Source: a bacterium (lineage in GTDB: Bacteria > Zhuqueibacterota > Zhuqueibacteria > Residuimicrobiales > Oceaniaggregativiventaceae). From it: a DNA stretch of 64,000 nucleotides. The notes beneath the pieces are model-generated. The model ran no database searches, was not told where the DNA came from, and saw only the letters and a list, made by a program, of their open reading frames with translations. The stretch covers positions 1,294 to 65,293 of the forward strand of contig JAKQNP010000003.1 in the NCBI GenBank assembly GCA_029565675.1, written 5' to 3'. A program made the position numbers and the translations under genes. Each line of letters begins with the position of its first letter. Within the stretch, counting starts at the first letter, position 1. Positions 18,689 through 26,248 of this stretch are shown here, piece by piece.

Positions 18689-19624
18689 ATGACAGCCGAC
18701 AGGCCCAACCTTTTCGCCCTCATGCGGGCGCCCTTTTTTTCCTCTATCTTTGCCCCCCTGTTGGCCGGGACTCTCCTGGCCGTGCTCAGCCGGGGTGAAT
18801 TCAGCCTCGCCGGATTCGCCGCCATGCTGGTGATGGGCGTGGGTCTGCATGCGGCAACCAACGTCTATAACGATATCTACGATACCTTGCAGGGCACCGA
18901 CCGCATCAATCTGCACCGCAACGATTTCAGCGGCGGCAGCGGATTTTTGATCGCGCACCCCGAGCTGCTTCCGAGAATGTACCGGATCGCCCGCAACAGC
19001 CTCCTCGTCGCCGCGGCGGCCGCTGTCGCACTCATAGCCTTCAGCGAACCCCGTTTCTGGCCCTGGCTGATCGGACTCTACCTGCTCTCCGCCTTTTTCA
19101 GCAAATATTATACGGCCGCCCCGATCAAGCTTTCTTACCGCGGTCTCGGCGAGGTCTCTGTCTGGTTCGCCTTCGGTCCCATGGCGATCCTGGTCGCGGC
19201 CATCAGCCAGAATACGCTCTTCCATCCCTATGTCGTAGCCGCCATGCCCATCACCGGGCTCAGCACCTCCTCCATCCTCTGGATGGGACAGATGATCGAT
19301 CTGCAGGCCGACAGCAGCGCGGGCAAGCACGGGATGGTGGCGCGCATCGGCAGTCAGCGCGGACGCTGGGGCTTTTTGCTGATCCATCTGCTCCTGATCG
19401 CCAATATACTGGTGCTTGGGCTTTGGGTCTTGCCGCATGGCTGGCCCATCCTGGCGGCGCTCATCCCCTATCTCCTGCTGCTGCCACGAACCTGGAAAAC
19501 AGTCAATCGGTTTCATGATCAGCCCGATCATCTAAAAGCAGCCGCAGCCTCGAATGTGCAGATTCATCTGCTGATGTCCGCGCTGCTGGTGCTCGGCCTG
19601 GGCACAATTCTTGTGCTCAAATAA
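18689..19624 (+). CDS. UbiA-superfamily prenyltransferase, MenA-like
   Basis: Track ORF 18524..19624. Start moved to the ATG at 18689, preceded by GGAAGGA. Asp-rich motif NDIYDTLQGTD fits the MenA pattern N-D-x-x-D-x-x-x-G-x-D. About 8-9 transmembrane helices. Confidence 0.75.
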   Translation: MTADRPNLFALMRAPFFSSIFAPLLAGTLLAVLSRGEFSLAGFAAMLVMGVGLHAATNVYNDIYDTLQGTDRINLHRNDFSGGSGFLIAHPELLPRMYRIARNSLLVAAAAAVALIAFSEPRFWPWLIGLYLLSAFFSKYYTAAPIKLSYRGLGEVSVWFAFGPMAILVAAISQNTLFHPYVVAAMPITGLSTSSILWMGQMIDLQADSSAGKHGMVARIGSQRGRWGFLLIHLLLIANILVLGLWVLPHGWPILAALIPYLLLLPRTWKTVNRFHDQPDHLKAAAASNVQIHLLMSALLVLGLGTILVLK

Positions 19625-19629
19625 ACCGG

Positions 19630-20646
19630 GTGCAGACAGCCATGTTCAAACGGTTTCGATCCATCCTCCATCCGGAAGGCTTTCATGGCCGAGCGCAAAG
19701 AGCGCCTTTTTTTGAAGGCTGGTACTACAAGCTGGTCGACGCCTCAGAGCAGCACTGTCTGGCTCTCATCCCCGGCATTGCACTCTCAGCCGATCCGCGG
19801 CAGAGTCATGCTTTCATCCAGATTCTGGTCGGCGTCGGCGGCCAATCCTTTTATCACCGCTTTGCGCCAGGGCAGTTCAGCGCGGAGATGCTGCGCCTCG
19901 ACCAGCGCATCGGGCCCAACTCTTTTTCCCGCAGCGGCATAAACCTGAATCTCGACATCCCGGGCTGTCGCTTGCATGGCAGCCTGCGGTTCGGGCCGTT
20001 CACATCCTGGCCTGTGAGCTGGCGCAACCCTGGCATCATGGGGTGGTATGCCTGGGTGCCTTTTATGCAATGTTATCACGCTGTGGTCAGCCTGGATCAT
20101 GATCTTTGCGGGGAGCTAAATCTGAGCGGTGAGCACATCGATTTCCGCGGCGGCCGCGGCTATATCGAAAAGGATTGGGGATACTCCTTCCCCAACGCCT
20201 ACATCTGGCTGCAGAGCAATCACTTCGATGCGCCAGGGACGAGCCTGATGGCCTCGGTGGCTGTCATTCCCTGGTTGCGCGGAGCCTTTCCGGGCTTCAT
20301 CATCGGACTCTATCATCAAAGCACGCTGTACAGGTTTGCCACCTATACCGGCGCCGTCATCAAGAAACTGGAAATCGGCGAACAGGAAATCGTCCTGCAA
20401 ATTGAGGACCGGAAACACCGGCTCTCGTTGTGGGCGCTGCGGGCCAAAGGCGGACTGCTGCAGGCCCCCACTTCCGAGGGGATGACAGGCCGAATCGGCG
20501 AGACGCTCGGCGGACGTGTTGAGGTGCGGCTGGAATCGATCGCAGATGGATGCACCATTTTGCAGCAGTGGGGCCGCCATGCCGGCATCGATGCTGCCGG
20601 AGAACTGGCGCGGTTGCTGCAGCTCTTTCGCCAGGCCTCGGACTAG
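19630..20646 (+). CDS. tocopherol-cyclase-family protein
   Basis: PFFEGWYYK near the N-terminus and YIEKDWGYSFPNAYIWLQSNHF match the hallmark blocks of VTE1/slr1737-type cyclases. GTG at 19630 or ATG at 19642. It starts 6-18 nt after the prenyltransferase stop. Confidence 0.75.
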   Translation: MQTAMFKRFRSILHPEGFHGRAQRAPFFEGWYYKLVDASEQHCLALIPGIALSADPRQSHAFIQILVGVGGQSFYHRFAPGQFSAEMLRLDQRIGPNSFSRSGINLNLDIPGCRLHGSLRFGPFTSWPVSWRNPGIMGWYAWVPFMQCYHAVVSLDHDLCGELNLSGEHIDFRGGRGYIEKDWGYSFPNAYIWLQSNHFDAPGTSLMASVAVIPWLRGAFPGFIIGLYHQSTLYRFATYTGAVIKKLEIGEQEIVLQIEDRKHRLSLWALRAKGGLLQAPTSEGMTGRIGETLGGRVEVRLESIADGCTILQQWGRHAGIDAAGELARLLQLFRQASD

Positions 20647-22070
20647 CCCTTTGCGATGCGTCCGATCATGCCGTTGAAAATGAAATGATGAAAGGGCAGC
20701 ACCGAATACCAATAGAGCCGGCCCTTGAGTCCCCACGGCCGGAAGGTGGCCGTCTGATGCAGGATGTTATCCGCATCGATTCTGAATTCAAGCCAGGCTT
20801 CGCCGGGCAGTTTCATCTCTGCATAGAGCAGCAACCGCTTTTCTGCGCGGCTGGCGAGGATCACCCGCCAGAAATCGAGCGCATCGCCGGTGTTCAGTTC
20901 GGTGCGGTTGGTGCGACCGCGCCGCAATCCCACGCCCCCCTGCAGCTTGTCGACAAATCCCCGCAAATTCCACAGCCAGTCGGCATAGTACCAGCCGTTC
21001 TCTCCCCCGATGGACCAGATCCGGTTCAGCGTGTGCGTCGCATCCTGCACAGCCTTCTTGCGCTCATCCCGGTAGCAGCCATTGACCGGGACCTGAATAT
21101 ACTGCGATACGCCCTTGCCGAGCACGTCGCTGGTCAGGGCATCCTTCCAGCTCGAAACCACCTGGTTCTGTTCGATCTTGTCAAAGGTGAGGGCGATGGC
21201 CTGGTCATAGGGAATGAGCTTGATCCCGAGTTGGTCGGCAAGCTTGTTCGGCCGGCAGATCACCTCCACTTTCATGCTGTTGACCAGATTGACGGCCAGG
21301 GCGTAAGAGGTCGATGTGATGAAATAGAGCCAGTAGGAAGAGAGTCTGGGCGTCATCACCGGCACGACACCGATCCACCGTTTCAGTCCCCGCACGCGGG
21401 CAAAGCGCAACAGCATCTCCTTGTAGGTCAGAATGTCGGGTCCGCCGATATCAAAGCTTTGATGAAACGTGTTCTCGCGCAGCAAAACGCCATGCAGGAA
21501 TTCGATGACATTGCTTGAGGCGATCGGCTGGGTTTTGGTGTGCAGCCAGCGCGGGGCCACCATGATGGGCAACTTTTCGACCAGATCGCGGATGATCTCG
21601 AACGAGGCGCTGCCCGAGCCGATGATGATCCCTGCGCGCAGAGTGGTCAGAGCGAAATGCCCGGAAGAGAGGATCTCCTCGACCTGTTTGCGCGACTTTA
21701 AATGGCGGGAAAGCCGCTCATCGTTGACGATGCCGCTGAGATAGACCACTTGTTTGATGGAGGTCTTTTCCATTCGCGCGACAAAATTGCGGGCGGATTG
21801 AGCCTCGAGCGCTGCAAAATCCGCGGTCGAGCGCGCCATGGAGTGAATGAGATAATAGGCAGCGTCAATATCCGTGGGAATGGATTCCAGCGATACCGGA
21901 TCGAGAAAATCGGCCTGAACCACCTCCAGCAAGGGCGAAACCGTCTGTTGGCCGAGGGTGAACCGCTCAACATCGCGGACGCAGCAGACGACATGGTGGC
22001 CGCTCTCGAGCGGCACAGGGAGCAGGTGTTTTGCGATATAGCCGGTGGCGCCGGTGAGCAGTATTTTCAT
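20643..22070 (-). CDS. NAD(P)-binding SDR/NmrA-like protein fused to a DUF2867-like domain
   Basis: Track ORF 20643..22094 begins at TTG. The ATG at 22070 gives MKILLTGATGYIAKHL, a Rossmann motif. The C-terminal half resembles DUF2867. Its stop overlaps the convergent upstream stop in CTAG. Confidence 0.75.
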   Translation of the reverse strand: MKILLTGATGYIAKHLLPVPLESGHHVVCCVRDVERFTLGQQTVSPLLEVVQADFLDPVSLESIPTDIDAAYYLIHSMARSTADFAALEAQSARNFVARMEKTSIKQVVYLSGIVNDERLSRHLKSRKQVEEILSSGHFALTTLRAGIIIGSGSASFEIIRDLVEKLPIMVAPRWLHTKTQPIASSNVIEFLHGVLLRENTFHQSFDIGGPDILTYKEMLLRFARVRGLKRWIGVVPVMTPRLSSYWLYFITSTSYALAVNLVNSMKVEVICRPNKLADQLGIKLIPYDQAIALTFDKIEQNQVVSSWKDALTSDVLGKGVSQYIQVPVNGCYRDERKKAVQDATHTLNRIWSIGGENGWYYADWLWNLRGFVDKLQGGVGLRRGRTNRTELNTGDALDFWRVILASRAEKRLLLYAEMKLPGEAWLEFRIDADNILHQTATFRPWGLKGRLYWYSVLPFHHFIFNGMIGRIAKG

Positions 22071-22169
22071 AGTCACTCGATTTCGTTTGCGCAAATCTTT
22101 CTGTCGTTCGCTTTGAGGGCTGGATTGTATTTTTTAATGCGCTATCTGGCCGCTCTTCAGAATTCTGCT

Positions 22170-22356
22170 TGTCATATCGCGTCCCTAAAGGGACGCGGGA
22201 CCAATCAGAGGATCGTTTGCTATAAATATCGTGTCCCTAACGGGACAAAGACAGAATCAGGCGATCGTTTGCCATAAATATCGCGTCCCTAAAGGGATGC
22301 TATGGGATTAAACTAGACTCTAGCTATAAATATTTCGTCCCTGACGAAACGGACGA
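22170..22356. repeat. tandem array of about four units of about 52 bp, each TTGCTATAAATAT plus a GTCCC-taaN-GGGAC hairpin
   Basis: Hairpin units lie near 22178-22197, 22219-22247, 22271-22300 and 22323-22355. The units share gatcgtttgc[tc]ataaatatcg[tc]gtccctaa[ac]ggga. Confidence 0.85.
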
Positions 22357-22429
22357 TTTTTCGTCATTATTTTACTCAAAACCTTCCAATTTTTTCCCGG
22401 TCAGTAGCGCGTAGCCCGCCATCGATGTT

Positions 22430-22891
22430 CTATGGCTCAGATTCCACTATCCAGTGTGTGGCTCTGGCACGAGCCAGGCGGGCACCGGAGGGGTCGCGCA
22501 CCTCGGCTTTGAATTGCAGCAGACGATCCTTGCGCTCTGCCAATTGTGCTTGCACCACCATAAAGTCTAGATCCGGAGTCACCGGCCGGCCGTAGGTCAT
22601 TTCCAGATGCCGGGTTACATTTGGCGGAGCGACCAGCATGCTCAGGGGACCGATGGTGTTGTCCACCGCCGCTGCGATCATCCCGCCTTGCACGGTGCGA
22701 TAGGGATTGAGATAGTCCTGCAGAATTGGAAAACGCACGATCATTGTCTTTGCCTCGAGATCGACATCGACCACTTCACCTTGCATGAGGTGGAGCACCG
22801 GCGGCGGCACCAGAAACTCGTTCATCCGCTCGCCGTAGCGTTGCCGAAACAGATCCATCACTTTTTTCATCGCATTTTTGTCGGCTGTCAT
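22430..22891 (-). CDS. PaaI/YdiI-type hotdog-fold thioesterase
   Basis: 153 aa. VQGGMIAAAVDNTIGP is typical of the PaaI-family 4HBT fold. Confidence 0.8.
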   Translation of the reverse strand: MTADKNAMKKVMDLFRQRYGERMNEFLVPPPVLHLMQGEVVDVDLEAKTMIVRFPILQDYLNPYRTVQGGMIAAAVDNTIGPLSMLVAPPNVTRHLEMTYGRPVTPDLDFMVVQAQLAERKDRLLQFKAEVRDPSGARLARARATHWIVESEP

Positions 22892-22981
22892 GTGCTGCTC
22901 CCTGCAAAAACCGCAATGATTGAAATCATCATCGGATTGTCTGGTTTTTTTGCCGCTTTGCCAAGATTGTGCTTTTTATAT

Positions 22982-23552
22982 TGCGTCCCGAACGGGACGC
23001 TGGGAGAATGGCATGCTCGCTTGCTAGAAATATGCCGTCCCTGACGGGACGGGTTGGGTCTCCTCTTGCGGGTGCGCTAATGTTTCGCCACCGCGGGGCT
23101 TGAAGAGTTGAAAGCTATAAAGTTGGAAGCAAAAAGACTAATCCAGACGAGCGCGATCGCAAAGTCCGCCGCTATTGCGGATAAAGCAGCGCTAAACCAT
23201 GCGTACGAGGCAAGCCCCGCTGGTATGCAACAATTTTCTGTCGCCCCCTGCGGGGGCTCTGATGGAGTGTGGGGCCATCCCGTTTCCACGGGCTGACGCC
23301 CGTGGCCAAGATCTGCCGCCCACTGCGTGGGCTGGAAATTTTTCGCCACCGCGGGGCTTGTCCCCGCGGAGCGGTGATTGTTAGCCAGATTCGCGCCCCT
23401 TCTCCCCCTTTTTTTTGGTGGGGGTGGTGGGGCGGCATTTTTTTGGCTGTCAATCATCATCCCGCAGGGACAAGCCCTGCGGGGATGGGGATGTGCTCGG
23501 TATGCCTTTGGCTTTCAATCCCCATCTCGCGGGGGCAAGCTCCATGGGGATG
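22982..23552. repeat. copy B of the stem-loop mosaic, interrupted by a 238-bp insert
   Basis: 22982-23102 matches 16226-16346 with 6 mismatches in 121 nt. 23341-23552 matches 16327-16545. The 20-mer tttcgccaccgcggggcttg occurs at both junctions (23083-23102 and 23341-23360) but only once in copy A (16327-16346). Confidence 0.85.
23103..23340. mobile_element. 238-bp hairpin-rich insert inside a repeat (MITE-like or recombination product)
   Basis: Bounded by the 20-bp direct duplication. It contains its own small hairpins (GCCCCC-tgc-GGGGGC, CCCGT-ttcc-ACGGG, CCCAC-tgc-GTGGG). It encodes no transposase. Confidence 0.45.
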
Positions 23553-23571
23553 AAAAGACGATCCTCACAAA

Positions 23572-23612
23572 ATCCAGCAGAGCGCGATCGCAAAGTCCGC
23601 CGCTATTGCGGA
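23572..23612. repeat. 41-nt direct repeat, second copy of 23141-23181
   Basis: atccag..gagcgcgatcgcaaagtccgccgctattgcgga is present at 23141-23181 and 23572-23612. The copies differ only at 2-3 positions after atccag. Confidence 0.8.
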
Positions 23613-23825
23613 CGAGGAAGCGCGCGAAGGCTCCCGGAACCGCGGATTGTCGATAAACGGATCAGGGTTTTGAGTTTGAAAGTCAAAAGTAAAAAGTTAA
23701 AAGTTCAAAGTTTTGATGAGACCAAAAAGATATTTTGCTTAAACGCCAAAGCCGTCATTGCGCTCGATATCGATAAGACGTGTGCGGTCTGCCTAGTGTT
23801 TTGAAAGATTTGATATTCACGATGG

Positions 23826-24113
23826 TTACCGGTTTTTCCAGGAATTTGGTCTTTGACGCAAGTTCATGATCGCAATGATCAGAATTTTATCGTCTCGTTT
23901 CTGGTAGATCACACCATAGGGAAATCTGTTCGTGAGGCAGCGACGGGTTCGCTTGGAGAGAGGTGTCCAGGCATCAGGATAGTGGAGGATGCGTTGCAGT
24001 GTGCGTTTGATTTCCAATGCAAACTCAAAGCCGAGTCCGGGACTGAGCCGATTATAATAATTGATCGCATCGTTCAGTTCTTTTTCAGCCGGCTCGAGGA
24101 ATTCAAGTTTCAT
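23826..24113 (-). CDS. RelE/ParE-family type II toxin
   Basis: 95 aa. The pattern LEFLEPAEKELNDAINYY...YPDAW...RRCLTNRFPYGVIYQKRDDKILIIAIMNLRQRP is typical of ParE/RelE-fold toxins. It overlaps the upstream gene by 4 nt. Confidence 0.8.
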   Translation of the reverse strand: MKLEFLEPAEKELNDAINYYNRLSPGLGFEFALEIKRTLQRILHYPDAWTPLSKRTRRCLTNRFPYGVIYQKRDDKILIIAIMNLRQRPNSWKNR

Positions 24114-24352
24114 TCTCTTTGTCTTTTTTCTTTGTCACCGATTTTGTCAAAAACCATTTGCGCAGGAATCGATTTGATCTGTTGATTTTCATAGGCATCA
24201 ATACGTTCTTCTACCTCTTTTTCCCAGAGAATATCAAGGGAATGATCGGGTGAAACAATAAAACTGGACAACAATTTCTCTACGAGCTCGGCCCGCTCGA
24301 CCGGGTGCAGGTCGAGTGCCTCTCTCAGGATTTGTTCGGATTTTTTAGCCAT
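24110..24352 (-). CDS. putative addiction-module antitoxin
   Basis: 80 aa. LHPVERAELVEKLLSS...WEKEVEERI matches the 'putative addiction module component' family pattern. It is translationally coupled to the toxin. Confidence 0.7.
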   Translation of the reverse strand: MAKKSEQILREALDLHPVERAELVEKLLSSFIVSPDHSLDILWEKEVEERIDAYENQQIKSIPAQMVFDKIGDKEKRQRE

Positions 24353-24536
24353 GCAAATGTTCCTCTATTCATGTGCTTTCATCACAGTATAAACCCATTT
24401 AGAGAGAAAAGCAAGACGAGAATTGGTAAAAAGCGACAAGCCTTTGGCTTTTAAAGCCATAATCCTTGCTGTTCGCAAACAATTTGTAGATTGTAATCGT
24501 TAGTTCTTTTGCTTTTTGCCAAATTGATTTTTTGTG

Positions 24537-24561
24537 GGATTCGGTGCTGCGCACCGAATCC
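24537..24561. repeat. perfect 11-bp stem / 3-nt loop palindrome; best copy of a ~29-bp repeat family
   Basis: GGATTCGGTGC-tgc-GCACCGAATCC, 6 nt downstream of the permease stop at 24567. Related copies lie at 1988-2013, 28906-28936 and 35352-35378. Confidence 0.85.
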
Positions 24562-24566
24562 GGATT

Positions 24567-25379
24567 TCATTTAATCGCCCCGGCCGACAGGCCTTTGATA
24601 AAAGTTCGCTGGACCAGCAAAAACAGCACCAGGGGCGGCAGGCTGAACAAAACCGCTGCAGCCGACATCTGGTTCCAGACGTCCAAATATTCACCGACGA
24701 ACAAACCGATGCCCACCGGAATCGTTTGGGTCGCGTCGGACGAAGTGAGGATCAAGGCGAAAAAGAATTCGTTCCATGAACCGAGAAAAGCAAAAATCGC
24801 AGTGGCGCCGAGGCCAGGCAAGGCCAGGGGCAGCAACACTCTAAAGAGCGCTTCCAATCGTGAACAGCCGTCGATCAGCGCGGCGTCCTCGACCTCCTGG
24901 GGAATGGTGCGGAAAAAGCCGTACAACAGCCAGATCACAAAAGGCAACTGCACGGCGCTGTGAACGAGAATCAGACCGACATGGGTATCGAACAACCGGA
25001 GATCGCGGATCAGCTCAAAGAACGGAATGATAATCGATGATCCGGGCAGCATTTGCGACAAAAGCATCACCAGAAGAAAAAGATGCTTGCCGCGAAAAAC
25101 AAAGCGGCTCAGAGCAAAAGCGGCCAGACTGCCGATCACCAAAGTCAAAACAGTGGTGGCCGATGCGGTGATCAGGCTGCTCAAGGTGTATCGCGCAAAG
25201 GGCAGAAAGTTGAACATGTCTACATAAGCTTGCAGCGACATTTCCGGTGCAATCCAGCGCGGTGGTAGGTGCGCGGTCTCGATCATGGTCTTCAGAGAGG
25301 TATCGAACATCCACAAGATGGGCAGCAACACCCCAAATGCGACCAGGCTCATCAGGAGGATCAAACCGAATTTTTTCAT
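24567..25379 (-). CDS. carbohydrate ABC transporter permease (MalG-like)
   Basis: Six hydrophobic helices. The EAA-type loop DAALIDGCSRLEALFRVLLPLALPG is present. It overlaps the upstream permease by 4 nt. Confidence 0.9.
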   Translation of the reverse strand: MKKFGLILLMSLVAFGVLLPILWMFDTSLKTMIETAHLPPRWIAPEMSLQAYVDMFNFLPFARYTLSSLITASATTVLTLVIGSLAAFALSRFVFRGKHLFLLVMLLSQMLPGSSIIIPFFELIRDLRLFDTHVGLILVHSAVQLPFVIWLLYGFFRTIPQEVEDAALIDGCSRLEALFRVLLPLALPGLGATAIFAFLGSWNEFFFALILTSSDATQTIPVGIGLFVGEYLDVWNQMSAAAVLFSLPPLVLFLLVQRTFIKGLSAGAIK

Positions 25380-26248
25380 AGCGATTCCCTCCTCGAATAA
25401 ACCTTGAGATAGAGGAGCGACAATCCGAACAGAACCATAAAGATCAGAATGCTCAATGCCGAGCCCTTGCCGAGGTTGAACTGCACGAACGAATATTCCC
25501 GCACCAGCACGGGCAGCACCATGGAGGCTTGAATCGGGCCGCCGCGGGTCATGACAAAGACCATGTTGAAGTCGTTAAAGCTCCAGATCAGTCCCAGCAG
25601 CAACAGCACGCCGGTCACCGTGCGCAGATTGGGCAGGGTGATGTGAAACAGTTTGTCGAGCGATTTGGCACCGTCGACGTCCGCCGCTTCATACTGCTCC
25701 ACCGGAATCGCCTGCAAGCCGGCAAAAAACATCACCATGGCAAACGGAAAGAATTGCCAGACACGGGCGATGATGACGCACAACAACGCCGTATCCGCGC
25801 TGCCCAACCAGGTGATGTTATCGCTGATCAGGCCCAACTGCTTGAGCCAATGATTGATCAGGCCGCTTTGATCGTTCAGAATCCATTTCCAGGCAAATCC
25901 CGCCACCACAGGAGAGATCACCCACGGGATGGTATAGATCAACTTGAACACAGAAGTGATTCTGCCGATCTTGATATTCAACAGCAAGGCGGCAAACAGG
26001 CCAAAAACCATCGACAAAATCGTGCCCAGCCCGGCGTAGAGGATCGAATTTTTCAGCGACAGCCAAAAAACCTCGTCTTGCATAACCCGAACAAAATTTT
26101 TCAACCCGACCCATTGTCCGACGCCGTGAATCAAGCTGACCTGGCGAAAAGCGTTGGCCAAGTTCAGCACCAGCGGATAAACCAGCACAAAGAGCGTAAA
26201 AACCAGAGCCGGCAAAAGCAACAAAATCGGGGTGATTCTTCTTCTCAT
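25376..26248 (-). CDS. carbohydrate ABC transporter permease (MalF-like)
   Basis: Track ORF 25376..26293. The ATG at 26248 overlaps the binding-protein stop as ATGA. EAA loop YEAADVDGAKSLDKLFHITLPNL. Confidence 0.9.
   Translation of the reverse strand: MRRRITPILLLLPALVFTLFVLVYPLVLNLANAFRQVSLIHGVGQWVGLKNFVRVMQDEVFWLSLKNSILYAGLGTILSMVFGLFAALLLNIKIGRITSVFKLIYTIPWVISPVVAGFAWKWILNDQSGLINHWLKQLGLISDNITWLGSADTALLCVIIARVWQFFPFAMVMFFAGLQAIPVEQYEAADVDGAKSLDKLFHITLPNLRTVTGVLLLLGLIWSFNDFNMVFVMTRGGPIQASMVLPVLVREYSFVQFNLGKGSALSILIFMVLFGLSLLYLKVYSRRESL

Noticed and set aside
20643-20646. Convergent genes whose stop codons overlap in the tetranucleotide CTAG.
   Set aside because: This is real in the sequence but is a trivial consequence of tight convergent packing. 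It leaves no room for a terminator, and nothing else is distinctive.
22170-22356. Possible CRISPR array, given regular ~52-bp units that each contain a hairpin.
   Set aside because: The sequence between the hairpins is itself conserved from unit to unit, so there are no unique spacers. The units are degenerate, and no cas genes or leader are present in the window.
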